Virus record (IMG/VR): IMGVR_UViG_2775506815_000003
Coordinates: 1 to 64,000 of that record
Source of the DNA: an uncultured virus (IMG/VR IMGVR_UViG_2775506815_000003)
Lineage: Duplodnaviria > Heunggongvirae > Uroviricota > Caudoviricetes
DNA: 64,000 bases
Reading direction: 5' to 3' (one strand)
The translations under genes and the position numbers were made by a program. Below, one piece after another: positions 30,617-41,630 of this stretch. The number at the start of each line of letters is the position of its first letter. Position 1 is the first letter of the stretch. The notes beneath the pieces are model-generated. The model made no database searches and was not told the DNA's origin. It saw only the letters and a list, made by a program, of their open reading frames with translations.

Positions 30617-33082
30617 TTGCAAGAAAATAAAGTAAGGGTTGTCTTTGAAGCCATATTAGATAAATTTAAAAACAATGTGAAAGAAGCAGCTAAGGTAACA
30701 TTAGAGATAGGAGAAGCTGGAGAAAAAGCATCTAAAAAAGTAAATTTTGATGATGCAAACGAAAGTGTGAATACTCTTGAAAAAAATCTAAATAAGTTAA
30801 AAGGGACTTTAAAGACCATAACTGTAGGTTATATTGGAAAAAAGTTATTTGATATTAATAAGGAAAATATAGAGTACTTTGCGAACTTCCAAGAAGGAAT
30901 GAAAGCTGTTCATACTCTTCTTCCTGATATGACGGAAGCAGCACTAGAAGAAATGTCTAAACAGGCTAAGCAATTTGCTATAGATATGAAAGTGTTACCT
31001 GAGCACATCACCCCTGCCCTTTATGATGCTATTTCAGCTGGAGTTCCTGATGTTGAAGCATTTGATTTTCTAAAAGATGCTCAAATAGCAGCTAGAGGTG
31101 GCCGTACAGATATAGCTACAAGTGTTGATTTTCTTACAAATGTTGTGAATGCATATGGTAGAGAAGTTATAACTGCAAAGGAAGCCTCTGACGCTATGTT
31201 TGTAGCTATGAGAAATGGAAAGGTTTCCTTTGCCGAAATGGCTGCTCAGATGTATAGTGTTATACCAGCAGCCTCAGCTATAGAATTACCATTTGATAAT
31301 ATTGTCGCAGCTGTAGGTAGAATGGGAGCACAAAGTATTCCAGTGGCGCAGGCAACCACTCAATTAGGTGCATTCCTAAAGGAATTATCAAGTGCTGATT
31401 CTAAAGCAGGAGATATATTTCGTCAAGCTACTAAAAAGACTTTAAGAGAATTTATAGCAGAGGGAAACAATCTACAAGATATCATAATGGTCATGGATGC
31501 AGCGGCAAAACAATTAAAGGTAGAAGCTTCGAATTTATTTGGATCTAAAGAAGCAGGAAGTGTAGTTTTATCTCTTACAGAAGGTAAAGAGGAATTTGCT
31601 AAGGACCTTCTAGATATGCAAAATGCAGCAGGTGCTACAGAGGAAGCTTATAATAAACTAAATAACACTATGAGAGCTACATTTGATGGAATACAGTCTA
31701 AAATAGCTGTATTTAAATTAAATGTAGCAGATAAATACTTCCCACAAGTGCAGGATGCAGCAGATAAATTAGATGAAAGTCTTAAGAGAATGGGCGAAAA
31801 TGGAACTTTAGACAGGTTAGCTCAAAGCATAGGGAACATAATAGCAACAATAATAACGCAATTTGATAATATACTTAACAATTTGGACAATATAATAGCA
31901 AAAATAGATAGTTTAGCAAGTTTCATAGAAGGAAGATTACCGGCTATTATCACAGTAGTTAAAAACCTTGCAAAGGCTTTTATATTTCTTAAGTCGGTTA
32001 TGCTTGTCGCTGATTTTGTAAAATTATTAGCGAATCCTGCCGGAATAGCAATAGCTGTAATAGGAGCATTAATATTTGCTATTATTAAATTATCTATTAA
32101 ATATGAAGGATTTCATAATTTTTTAATAGTAAGTTTTCAAGGAATAAAATTATTGTTTTTAATTCTAGCGAAGGCTATAGTATGGGGAATTGACAAAATT
32201 TTAAAAGCACTTAGTAAGTTGTTAGGCTGGATTCCAGGAATAGGAGATGCAATTAAAGCTGCAGCAGACAAATCTAGTGAGGAACTAAGCAGATTAAATT
32301 CGGAGATAGATGATACCATAGAAAAAATACAAGGATTAAATAATCAAAAAGTAGAGGTTGAATTTGAAGTTACTAATGCTGATTATGAAAAGGAAAAAGA
32401 TTTTATTTTTGATCCTAAGAGGCCAATAAAAGATCAGTTAAAAGAACGTGGTTTAGATAAAAATGATGAATCAAAACCGAATATAAATGTAGAAGGCGTT
32501 AAAGTATCAGATAATTTATCTTCTGGCAAAGGAATCAAAAAGAAAATAACCATACATGATAGAATTAGAGATGTAGAGGATAAATATAGTCCAGATATTG
32601 ATTTATATGAAAGTAGAGCAGAACTATCAAAAGTAAAAGATGATAAGGATGGTATAAGATCAAACAAAAATCTTATAGCTGAATCACTTAGGCGACAGGC
32701 TAATGATTTACTAAATCTACAAATGAAAAGTAAAGGTCAGGATGCTAAAATAGTTGAAGCAGCAAGAAATAAGATATTGATAAAAATAGAGGAAACTTTA
32801 AAAGGAATAAATGAGAGCGTAAATAAGATAGTAGGTGATTTTAATACACCGAGTGATTTAAGGGTGTTAACTGAGTACCAATATAAAGTAGAAAAAGCTG
32901 ATAACAAGCTTAGTAAAAGGCTAGTGTATTCTCCTGATATAAGTATGTATTTAACTATAGAAGATACTGGGGAAAAAGGAGTTGCACAAGTAAAAGATGA
33001 AATTAATCATTTCACTAGTGCAATATTTGACAACAAAAACGATTTAGTTACCAAATTTATGCAAGATGTGACAAGAAATTAG
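30617..33082 (+). CDS. Tape measure protein (TP901-like)
   Basis: Ala-rich helical, LY.AISAG, LFG.KEA, TM stretch. Confidence 0.9.
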   Translation: MQENKVRVVFEAILDKFKNNVKEAAKVTLEIGEAGEKASKKVNFDDANESVNTLEKNLNKLKGTLKTITVGYIGKKLFDINKENIEYFANFQEGMKAVHTLLPDMTEAALEEMSKQAKQFAIDMKVLPEHITPALYDAISAGVPDVEAFDFLKDAQIAARGGRTDIATSVDFLTNVVNAYGREVITAKEASDAMFVAMRNGKVSFAEMAAQMYSVIPAASAIELPFDNIVAAVGRMGAQSIPVAQATTQLGAFLKELSSADSKAGDIFRQATKKTLREFIAEGNNLQDIIMVMDAAAKQLKVEASNLFGSKEAGSVVLSLTEGKEEFAKDLLDMQNAAGATEEAYNKLNNTMRATFDGIQSKIAVFKLNVADKYFPQVQDAADKLDESLKRMGENGTLDRLAQSIGNIIATIITQFDNILNNLDNIIAKIDSLASFIEGRLPAIITVVKNLAKAFIFLKSVMLVADFVKLLANPAGIAIAVIGALIFAIIKLSIKYEGFHNFLIVSFQGIKLLFLILAKAIVWGIDKILKALSKLLGWIPGIGDAIKAAADKSSEELSRLNSEIDDTIEKIQGLNNQKVEVEFEVTNADYEKEKDFIFDPKRPIKDQLKERGLDKNDESKPNINVEGVKVSDNLSSGKGIKKKITIHDRIRDVEDKYSPDIDLYESRAELSKVKDDKDGIRSNKNLIAESLRRQANDLLNLQMKSKGQDAKIVEAARNKILIKIEETLKGINESVNKIVGDFNTPSDLRVLTEYQYKVEKADNKLSKRLVYSPDISMYLTIEDTGEKGVAQVKDEINHFTSAIFDNKNDLVTKFMQDVTRN

Positions 33083-33100
33083 AATATTATCAACAAATCT

Positions 33101-33143
33101 CTTTTATTTTATGTATAATGGAAATATATACATAAAATAAAAG
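33101..33143. repeat. 17-bp perfect inverted repeat spanning moron -10 and RBS
   Basis: CTTTTATTTTATGTATA / TATACATAAAATAAAAG with 9-nt loop. Confidence 0.8.
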
Positions 33144-33154
33144 GGGGAATAAAT

Positions 33155-33778
33155 GTGGGATGCTTAGCAATCATAGTATTAGCTATAGTTATAAGCTCTA
33201 TCATGGATTATGCTTATTTGCTTATCACTTTTCTCATAATTGGACTCATTATCTCAATAATAGTTGGAAAAAGCAATAAGAAAAAGGCTATTGAAAGAGC
33301 TAATGAGATTGAAATTATATCTAGGAAAATGGATAGTGATGGCATCCCTATTGTGGATACATCATTAATCTTGAGTCCAAGAGAGAAGTGCCATTATCAG
33401 GGGAAAGGAATAAGATTAATAACTTCAAGAAGAATTACGAGATACGAAGGGAAATCTTCTGTTGCAAGTTTAAGAATAGCAAAAGGTCTCACAGTTAGAA
33501 CTGGTAGTTCAAGAGGTGTGCCGATAAGAGAGGATGTGAGCGATAAATATCAAGGAGAAATTGCAATTACAAATAAAAGGATTGTTTTCTTAGGAGATAA
33601 AGGATTTGAGTTTTCGTATGATGATATAACAGCTTTAGATTATTACTCTGATGCGATAGCTTTTCAAGTTAATAGCAAACGATATGTAATATCTTCTACT
33701 GAAATAGATTATATACAAATTATAATCGATAAAGTAATGGAACAAGATGCCCTGTATTATGGTGCAAAAAATAAATAA
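33155..33778 (+). CDS. Moron, membrane-anchored protein with PH-like domain
   Basis: N-terminal TMs, G.IAITNKRIVF. Confidence 0.7.
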   Translation: MGCLAIIVLAIVISSIMDYAYLLITFLIIGLIISIIVGKSNKKKAIERANEIEIISRKMDSDGIPIVDTSLILSPREKCHYQGKGIRLITSRRITRYEGKSSVASLRIAKGLTVRTGSSRGVPIREDVSDKYQGEIAITNKRIVFLGDKGFEFSYDDITALDYYSDAIAFQVNSKRYVISSTEIDYIQIIIDKVMEQDALYYGAKNK

Positions 33779-33852
33779 TGAAATAGGTCGAGGGGTTTTA
33801 TTAGAATCCAGCCTCTACTAAACTCATAGAAGACATGAAAGGGAGGAATTAA

Positions 33853-34608
33853 ATGAATAATAATACTTTTTACTCTATCATGCTACAAGCTTGTTTGAGT
33901 GGAACTATGATTTATTTAATAACAATAGCAATAATATTTTTCACTAAAAGGGCTAAAAATAAAGAGGTCACAACAGCTTCTATAGTAATTTCTGCGATAA
34001 TAATCTATGGACTAGTATTTACAGGAGTTTACGTAGAGCTGACTGAGGATTCAAGTGTTGAGTCTGAACTAGTAGTTAATGATAGTATAAAACAGGATGG
34101 AGTTAAAGCGAATACCCTTCCTAAATATGAAAGAATTGAGACAGAAGAGGTTCATTATGCGAACATAGAAAGATTTGTGATAAAAGTTTTAATTAAAGAT
34201 GAGGTTTCAAAACAACAGTTGATTGATATTAGTGAAGAGATAGTAAATGAAACAATAAATCAAAGAAGAACTTTTCATGCATTGGCAATACACTATTATA
34301 CTCATATGGAATTAGTAAACAATCGAGCATCTCTTGGAATATTCACCTATGCTCCAAATGGTAGATGGAAAGATGCCAGTGAAGCCAAGTCGGATTTTTC
34401 AAATTTCTTAGGAGATACTACAGAATTAATTGAGAAAAATTGGGAAGATAAACCTACTGATCAAGAAATAAGGATGTACCAAGATTATGATGGCTTTGAG
34501 ATGAGAGATGATGGGATTAAGTTTGTTGCTGAAAAGTATAATATAAGTGAAGGCGAGGCCAAAAATCATATAGATAGAGTATATCATTGGATATATAATA
34601 TAAAATAA
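33853..34608 (+). CDS. Moron, membrane protein
   Basis: Two TMs, soluble C-domain; terminator at ~34647-34672. Confidence 0.7.
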   Translation: MNNNTFYSIMLQACLSGTMIYLITIAIIFFTKRAKNKEVTTASIVISAIIIYGLVFTGVYVELTEDSSVESELVVNDSIKQDGVKANTLPKYERIETEEVHYANIERFVIKVLIKDEVSKQQLIDISEEIVNETINQRRTFHALAIHYYTHMELVNNRASLGIFTYAPNGRWKDASEAKSDFSNFLGDTTELIEKNWEDKPTDQEIRMYQDYDGFEMRDDGIKFVAEKYNISEGEAKNHIDRVYHWIYNIK

Positions 34609-34697
34609 TGACTATTTATATAAGATAGAGATAGTAAAAAAAGAAAAAAGCACTCTTAGTTGAGTGCTTTTTAAATTCTCAAAAGGCAGGTGAATAT

Positions 34698-35510
34698 ATG
34701 AGAAGTTTATTAAAGCATCATAAACTAAACTTGATTCAAGCAAGACATAAAAAAATAATCGAAGACACTTTTGAAAGTGGATTGGGAGAGTGGAAAGTAA
34801 TAGAGGGAGATTGGCATAAGGTAACGGTAGATACTAATGAGGATAAAAAAACAGGAATAGAAGGAGATTTCCTTATTAATTCAGCTGGTAGCTATTATGG
34901 GGGAGTTGTAGAAAGAAATGTAGAATTAAATAATTATGGTGAGATAGTATTTGAAAGATATATAAAGAATGATAATGTGAAGACTGGTACAAATAAGCTT
35001 AACTTTTATATAGATAATATACTTAAATTAAGTATAGATGGACCAACTCCCTGGAGAAGAATAGAACCTATAGGCATTTCTCCGGGTAAGCATAAGATAA
35101 AGTTTGAATATATAGTTAATGGAGGACAAAATCCTATAGGTAAAAGTGGTATATTTGATACTTTCACTATATGGGAAGGAAGAACAATAAACACTACTAT
35201 AGCTAAATATACTCCTCCTAGACCTCATAAGCAAATAGCACAAACTAAAACTTTAAGAGGATATACAAGGTTCCAAGAAATGACTGAAAGTGATACTGAA
35301 ATAAACTTTTCAGCCATATTCGATGGAGCTTCTTTTTTAGAATTTATGGTTAATAATGATAAAATCTTTTATTTTGTAGATGAATTTGGAGTATGTTATA
35401 GAGGAATATTCCCAAGCAATATAGAGCCAGAATCCAAAGCCTTAAATTCTTTATATTATATAAACTTAAATATGATATGCCCACAAAAGGTAGGTGTAGG
35501 ATTTGTATAG
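34698..35510 (+). CDS. Distal tail-like protein
   Basis: Synteny after tape measure. Confidence 0.55.
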   Translation: MRSLLKHHKLNLIQARHKKIIEDTFESGLGEWKVIEGDWHKVTVDTNEDKKTGIEGDFLINSAGSYYGGVVERNVELNNYGEIVFERYIKNDNVKTGTNKLNFYIDNILKLSIDGPTPWRRIEPIGISPGKHKIKFEYIVNGGQNPIGKSGIFDTFTIWEGRTINTTIAKYTPPRPHKQIAQTKTLRGYTRFQEMTESDTEINFSAIFDGASFLEFMVNNDKIFYFVDEFGVCYRGIFPSNIEPESKALNSLYYINLNMICPQKVGVGFV

Positions 35511-37155
35511 GTTTACAAGAGAATTTCTTGAATATCTAGCAGATAAACTTCAAATAGGAGATAACTCCCCAAATTATGATATGAGGATATATAAAAAAAT
35601 AAACAACAATGAATATGATAGCACTCCTGTTAGGCTTGGGAAAGATATTTTTACTATAGATATAGATCGGCGCTGGAATATGGCAGCAGACGAACTACAG
35701 GTAGGGATAAACAATATAAATGGGCAATATTCTCCTGATTATAGTACAAAAAAATTATTTGACGGAGTAAATAAATTATATCCCAGTGGATATAACCAGG
35801 TACTTGTCCCCTTCAATCAAGTGGAAATAGACTTAGGTTATAATGACCAGCTTGTTAGAATATTTACAGGACAACTGCAAGAAGTAGATATTAAAGAAGT
35901 CCCTCCTACAATTAATATAGCTGCTAAGAATGAATTTAGGAAACTACTTAAACCAATAGATCCTGTTTGGAGTAGAAGTTTAATATATGAAAATAAAAGG
36001 GCTATAGAAATAATTATAGATCTTTGTAAACGAGCTGGAGTAGACAATATAGTATTTGATATAGATGAAGTAGAAAATTTTGATTATACTATCGAAAAAG
36101 CAGAATTCGAGTTAGGAACTTTCTATAAGGATGCTATAGATACTATATTAGAAACTATGGGCCATAGGATTTATGCAGATAGATTTGGAGTAATGAAGAT
36201 ACAAAAATTAGAGGTTTATACACAGAAAGATGTTGAGCACTGGGAATTTAATGATTATGTTGATTTAAGCCAAGGGGGATATAAGATTGATTCATCCATT
36301 ATTAGAAATAGAATTATAGTTCAGAGTGAAAGCAACTGGAAGGCATACGAAGATCCTTATTTAATTAACTATTGCAACGGAGAAAGAATTCCTATGGGAA
36401 TAGAAGTACCCTGGGCAGAAACTGATGAACAAAAGAAAATGGTTGCTAATAATTTTTTTATTCAGATGAGAAGAAAGTTAAGAAGAATTACTATAGGGAC
36501 TATAGGTAACCCTACTATGGATACCGGAGACTTAGCAAAGCTCAAGATGTTAATATCAACTGCTAATGATAAATATATGATAGTTGGTATTAGAAGTAGT
36601 TTTTCTGATAGTGGTTATTTTGATATTGTAGACCTTGAGTTTGTTTCAAAAGACGGAGAGATAGCAGTTGAAGCAAAAGGTGATTATGGAACTACAGAAG
36701 AAGGTACAAGGGATAAAAGTAATTTAGCTTATAGTACAAGAGATAAGATAGTAGATGAAGCTAAAAAATGGATAGGGACATATTATCAATGGGGCGGTAA
36801 TAAAGCCTTTAATCCAAATCATTATGGATTAGACTGCTCACATTTTACTTATACAGTATATAGTAAGTTTGGACTTATGGATTACTATAGAACAGCAATA
36901 GGACAATATAATTGGGCCAAGAAAATAAATAAAGGCAATCTGCAAAAAGGGGATTTGGTATTCTATACTAATTCAAAAGGGACTGTTAATCATGTTGGTA
37001 TTTATATAGGAAATGATAAAGTTATTAGTGCTAATGGAGGAGATTCAACAACTACAACTATAGGTAAGGCAAGGCAAAGAAATGCAAAGGTTAAAATACA
37101 CAATTTAAATTATAGAAAAGGTAATATTTATTACGGAAAGGCACACAACATATAA
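35503..37155 (+). CDS. Baseplate hub / tail protein with NlpC/P60 peptidase
   Basis: YQWGG..GLDCSHF, GDLVF, HVGIY. Confidence 0.85.
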   Translation: MYRFTREFLEYLADKLQIGDNSPNYDMRIYKKINNNEYDSTPVRLGKDIFTIDIDRRWNMAADELQVGINNINGQYSPDYSTKKLFDGVNKLYPSGYNQVLVPFNQVEIDLGYNDQLVRIFTGQLQEVDIKEVPPTINIAAKNEFRKLLKPIDPVWSRSLIYENKRAIEIIIDLCKRAGVDNIVFDIDEVENFDYTIEKAEFELGTFYKDAIDTILETMGHRIYADRFGVMKIQKLEVYTQKDVEHWEFNDYVDLSQGGYKIDSSIIRNRIIVQSESNWKAYEDPYLINYCNGERIPMGIEVPWAETDEQKKMVANNFFIQMRRKLRRITIGTIGNPTMDTGDLAKLKMLISTANDKYMIVGIRSSFSDSGYFDIVDLEFVSKDGEIAVEAKGDYGTTEEGTRDKSNLAYSTRDKIVDEAKKWIGTYYQWGGNKAFNPNHYGLDCSHFTYTVYSKFGLMDYYRTAIGQYNWAKKINKGNLQKGDLVFYTNSKGTVNHVGIYIGNDKVISANGGDSTTTTIGKARQRNAKVKIHNLNYRKGNIYYGKAHNI

Positions 37156-37167
37156 AGGAGAGTATAT

Positions 37168-37548
37168 ATGTCAAGATTTAATGATGTTAGAGAGCCTATT
37201 GAATATGTAGTAAATCAATACTTTCAGAAAAAGAAAACTATAAATGCTAATATAGGAGAAGGTGCTACCTATACACCTAGTGGTGGAGATTATATAGATG
37301 AAAATTTACCACAAGCACCAGTTTATTTAATTAGAGATGAGAGTAATAAGCTTATAAAAGCTATTTATGGGAACTTAGAAGCCCTACTAGATGAAGACGA
37401 AGAAGCCGATCCTGTTATTTGGCAGCAGGAGCTTATAAGGAATGAAGAAGGAAAATTAATATTAGTTATAACTACTTATCCTGATGGAGAGATGGTAGAA
37501 AATGAGTTGATTAGAAACTATGAAGGAAGATTAGAAAAGTATATGTAA
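37168..37548 (+). CDS. Tail-region hypothetical protein
   Basis: ORF with RBS. Confidence 0.6.
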   Translation: MSRFNDVREPIEYVVNQYFQKKKTINANIGEGATYTPSGGDYIDENLPQAPVYLIRDESNKLIKAIYGNLEALLDEDEEADPVIWQQELIRNEEGKLILVITTYPDGEMVENELIRNYEGRLEKYM

Positions 37549-37563
37549 AAGGAAAGTGATACT

Positions 37564-38082
37564 ATGCTTACTTATGTTGTCAATTGGGATGAATTTGCTG
37601 AAGAATTAGGAAAAGGCATAAAAATAGATAATGTAAATATAGATACATCTGGAGTTGAATCAATACTTACAACTTATTTTCCTGAAATAATAGATTTATT
37701 AAAAGATATTAGAGATGAACTTTATAAAATGAGGACTAAGTATGAAAACTACAATCAAAAGATTAAAGGCTTTTATAATAGAACTATAAATAAAGAGAAA
37801 AATATAATAGAGTGGATACCTGAAAAACATACTTTTTTAACTGATGTATCTTTCTCACATTCTAATATAGAAGGAATAGATGATTATTTTAACTTATCAG
37901 TAGAAAAAGATAATGTAGAATTAATATTCCAGCAGATATATTTAAAAGATTCATTGCAGCATAAACATTTTAATAAATTCTTTCCAGTGCCTGCAGGAAT
38001 GAAAATTAAGTTGACACACTTTAATCCAAGTCTTACTGAAAAATGTGTTTGGTATGACTTAGAATATTTAGAACACAAGTAG
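37564..38082 (+). CDS. Tail-region protein, paralogue of N-terminus of 38381 ORF
   Basis: YVVNWDE..KHFN.F.PVPAG..VWYDLEY. Confidence 0.65.
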   Translation: MLTYVVNWDEFAEELGKGIKIDNVNIDTSGVESILTTYFPEIIDLLKDIRDELYKMRTKYENYNQKIKGFYNRTINKEKNIIEWIPEKHTFLTDVSFSHSNIEGIDDYFNLSVEKDNVELIFQQIYLKDSLQHKHFNKFFPVPAGMKIKLTHFNPSLTEKCVWYDLEYLEHK

Positions 38083-38090
38083 GTGAGTGT

Positions 38091-38381
38091 ATGGGATATA
38101 TATTAGTTAAGCATTTGGATATATCAGATTGCTTAAATGATTACTTAGTAATTTATACTGAAAAATTAGAAGTAGAGTATGGAGAACATACACTTAGACC
38201 TAAAGAATTCAAAGGATATAAAAATATTCCCTATCCTGAACCTATAGAATTAAATCCTAATCCTTGTGATGAGTGGGAACCAAAAGAAAAAGAACCTATA
38301 TCATATGGCTATCAAAGGGCAGAGATAAGTCCTAATAGACCATTTTTTTATGTAGAATTCTATTATAAGGCGGTGGAATAG
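38091..38381 (+). CDS. Tail-region hypothetical protein
   Basis: ORF with RBS. Confidence 0.55.
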   Translation: MGYILVKHLDISDCLNDYLVIYTEKLEVEYGEHTLRPKEFKGYKNIPYPEPIELNPNPCDEWEPKEKEPISYGYQRAEISPNRPFFYVEFYYKAVE

Positions 38382-40372
38382 TGAGTTTACCAAAATATAT
38401 AGTAAACTGGGATGAACTACTGGATCTTTTTAAAGACAAAATAAACATTGATGTAAAAGATATAGGGTTAGGAGATTTAGAGGACTATTTAAATGAAAAA
38501 TTAGGTGAAATAATAGACTTATTAAAGCAGATACTGGATTTGTTTACAGAAAAGGGGTTACAGAGAATACACTCAATGGCTGAGAATATTCCTGCTATGG
38601 TAGGAACTTATAAATTTTCTAAGACCTTTGATGCAGATATATTATTAATAGGGATAACCTATTCACAATCGGCATGGAAATACCAAGATAGCTGGGATTT
38701 AGAAATAGGAGGAAGACTATTATTTGATGATATAGCAACAAAGGAATTAGGAGAACATAAAAACTTTAATGTATTTTATTTAGTACCTGCAGGTACTCCT
38801 ATAAATATTCTTTATCATAATACAAGTGGGAACAGTAGAATAGTGTGGTTTGATATTGAATACATTGATCTTATAACACAAATTGTAACACCCCAAGTGC
38901 CAACTGGCGGAGTAGTAATAAACTATCTTACAGAAGAAGGGATATTATTAGATAGTGATACTAAGGCTGGACTTTCAATTAGAAGTCATGTTTTTTTAGC
39001 TAAAGAAATAAGCGGATATAGGAAACTAGAGCCTACAAGTCAAACAGTTGAACTTACAGAAGATAACCCTATGGCAGTAGTTAATTTTTACTATAAAGAA
39101 CTTACTGGTACTATAATATTAAAATATGAAACGACAGATGGCAATGTATTATTGGCAGATGATATATTTGAAAACTTAATATTTGATATATATACTTATG
39201 AGGCTAAAAAGGTATATGGTTACAAGCCTTTAAATAATAGTATTAAGCTAAGACTAACTCCTAATGATGATTATATAGAATATACCTTCTTATATGAACT
39301 AATAAAAGGTACTATAATACTCAAATATCAAGATGATGATGGAAAAACTTTATCAAGCGATCTAGAATATAGAGATTTACTGCTAGACAGGTATTCTTAT
39401 GACGCTAAATATATACCTGGATATAAAGCATTGGTTAGCAGTATTACATTAACTTTAACTGAAGATAACACTTTTATAGAGTACGTATTTATTTATGAAA
39501 AAATAAAAGGAAATGTAACCTTAAAATATCAACTTGAAAATGGTATAAGCATAGCAAAGGATACTGTTATAACTGATTTAGAGTTAGGATATTATACTTA
39601 TTATGCTAAACATATAGAAAAATTTGAACTTATAGAGGGACAAAATAATCCTATTACATTGAATTTAGCAGAAGAAAATAATAATATTGAATATATATTT
39701 ATATATAAGAAGATTAAAGGAACTATAATATTAAAATATGAGCTTGAAGATGGCAGCAAAATTGCAGAAGATATTGTATATGAAGAATTAGATTTAGGAT
39801 TTCATAAATATTATGCAAAAAAAATAGAGGGCTATGAATTATTAGAAGAAAAAACAAGTCCAGTAGTTTTAAACTTAACATTAGAAAATAGGTATATAGA
39901 GCATATCTTCAAATATAAAAAGTTTGAAGATAAAATAGAAGATATATTTGTATATTCTAAAAAACGTACGATTGTAGGAGTTGTATATATAGATGAAGAT
40001 ATAGAGGCATTAGAAATTAAAGGATACTTTGATAGTGTAACAGGAGATTTTTGGCCTGATTTAAATGTACGAGCACCAGATAAAACATGGTTTGGCTATA
40101 ATACACCTAACTTAGATACCTATAGTGGTGGTAGTTTGCATAGCTTAAATTGTTGTGAAAGCATTGAATATAATGGTTGGGGTAAGCCAATTGAAGTATA
40201 TAAAATATCAAAACCAATGAAAGGCTATTGGCTAGTTGAAGCAAGAGGAGATAATGCACCAGAAAAGAGCTTAGTAGAAATATCATCTACTATTAACTTT
40301 AAGAAAGTATATAATTTAGTACACGAAAACAAAGATAACAGTGACAAGTTTTACGACAGATTTATACCATAA
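38381..40372 (+). CDS. Tail-region protein with ~5 MucBP-like repeats
   Basis: Repeats GTIILKY..DG..L..D..Y.Y.AK.I.GY..F.Y. Confidence 0.8.
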   Translation: MSLPKYIVNWDELLDLFKDKINIDVKDIGLGDLEDYLNEKLGEIIDLLKQILDLFTEKGLQRIHSMAENIPAMVGTYKFSKTFDADILLIGITYSQSAWKYQDSWDLEIGGRLLFDDIATKELGEHKNFNVFYLVPAGTPINILYHNTSGNSRIVWFDIEYIDLITQIVTPQVPTGGVVINYLTEEGILLDSDTKAGLSIRSHVFLAKEISGYRKLEPTSQTVELTEDNPMAVVNFYYKELTGTIILKYETTDGNVLLADDIFENLIFDIYTYEAKKVYGYKPLNNSIKLRLTPNDDYIEYTFLYELIKGTIILKYQDDDGKTLSSDLEYRDLLLDRYSYDAKYIPGYKALVSSITLTLTEDNTFIEYVFIYEKIKGNVTLKYQLENGISIAKDTVITDLELGYYTYYAKHIEKFELIEGQNNPITLNLAEENNNIEYIFIYKKIKGTIILKYELEDGSKIAEDIVYEELDLGFHKYYAKKIEGYELLEEKTSPVVLNLTLENRYIEHIFKYKKFEDKIEDIFVYSKKRTIVGVVYIDEDIEALEIKGYFDSVTGDFWPDLNVRAPDKTWFGYNTPNLDTYSGGSLHSLNCCESIEYNGWGKPIEVYKISKPMKGYWLVEARGDNAPEKSLVEISSTINFKKVYNLVHENKDNSDKFYDRFIP

Positions 40373-40440
40373 AACAGTTACCTTTATAAAGACTTATGAG
40401 AAATCATAGGTCTTTTAATTTTATTTGAAAGGGTGATTAT

Positions 40441-40620
40441 TTGAATAAGGCATTAAAATGTGATAATGCATATTTAGGAGATAAAAACATGGCTAAAGCT
40501 ATATTTTGTAAGTCAAATGCTAATCTTTGTAGCTATCAGTTTTATTGTTCAAACTATGGCCACTATATAAATTCAGATGGGTGTTTTAAATGTAAAAATT
40601 TTATTGAAACGGAGGTATAA
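40441..40620 (+). CDS. Small Cys-rich protein (59 aa)
   Basis: AAAGGGTG RBS, TTG start, six Cys. Confidence 0.5.
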   Translation: MNKALKCDNAYLGDKNMAKAIFCKSNANLCSYQFYCSNYGHYINSDGCFKCKNFIETEV

Positions 40621-40622
40621 AA

Positions 40623-41627
40623 ATGGGTTTAGAATTAAGATGGATAGAAGGTATTACAACTGTAAAAGATTTTGTAAAATCTATAGCTACAATAATGACA
40701 CAAGGCGAGGGTAGTGCATATTGGAATTTAGTATATCCTTCTAAAATATCAGAGATAACTAATAAGGCTATAGTAAGCACCAAGCCTTTTTCAGTAGATG
40801 AAGAAGGGAAACAAACAGATGAACAAACAGAGTTCTATCTAATGATTGAGAGACCTGTTATTGAATCAAAAGAAGATGAAGAAATGGAATTTACATTGAA
40901 TCATGTAGAATTAACTATTGGCCATAAACTTAATGAAACTAAAGATGGTTTTGAAAAAGAAAACTATAGTGAGAAAGCGAGATTTGCCTGGTATAGAGAT
41001 TTAAAATATGTAGAAGGCTTATATTATGGTGATTGGCTACCTATAAGATACTGGATGAATATAGATTTAAAAACAATAAATTTAGTGGTACAAGGAGAAC
41101 CTTCTATAGATGTTCATCCATACAACAACTTCTTATTTTCATGGGCTTATATAGGAGCTATTGAAAGTTATGAAGGAGGGGATAAGGATGTAAGAGGTAA
41201 CTTTGCTTTAACAGTAGGAAGTGATTTACCACCTAATAGAAGCCTTAGATTTGGAGCTAATACAGGAACAGGAGTATTAGATATAACAATGGCTTATTCG
41301 AGAGCAGGAGCACCATACCAAGCTCATATGGCAAAATTTAAAACTGATAATCCTTACAGAGATAAATATTTTATAGGGCCTAGTGAATGGACCCATAAAT
41401 TCCATCATGATGAAATAACGGTTATTCACAAATATGATAGGGAAAGAGGAAAATTAAGAAATGTATTAATAGGTGATAGAAGCGCCATATACCATAACGA
41501 CGAATTAGTATATAAAAAGGGTACACCAGAGGAAGAAGTATATAGAGCTTTTCAAATCAATACACCTTATTGGATGGTTGAAGAATCAGCAAATCCTCTA
41601 TATGGGATAATATTAAAAAAGAGTTAG
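40623..41627 (+). CDS. Tail-region structural protein
   Basis: Long ORF in tail cluster. Confidence 0.6.
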   Translation: MGLELRWIEGITTVKDFVKSIATIMTQGEGSAYWNLVYPSKISEITNKAIVSTKPFSVDEEGKQTDEQTEFYLMIERPVIESKEDEEMEFTLNHVELTIGHKLNETKDGFEKENYSEKARFAWYRDLKYVEGLYYGDWLPIRYWMNIDLKTINLVVQGEPSIDVHPYNNFLFSWAYIGAIESYEGGDKDVRGNFALTVGSDLPPNRSLRFGANTGTGVLDITMAYSRAGAPYQAHMAKFKTDNPYRDKYFIGPSEWTHKFHHDEITVIHKYDRERGKLRNVLIGDRSAIYHNDELVYKKGTPEEEVYRAFQINTPYWMVEESANPLYGIILKKS

Positions 41628-41630
41628 CAC

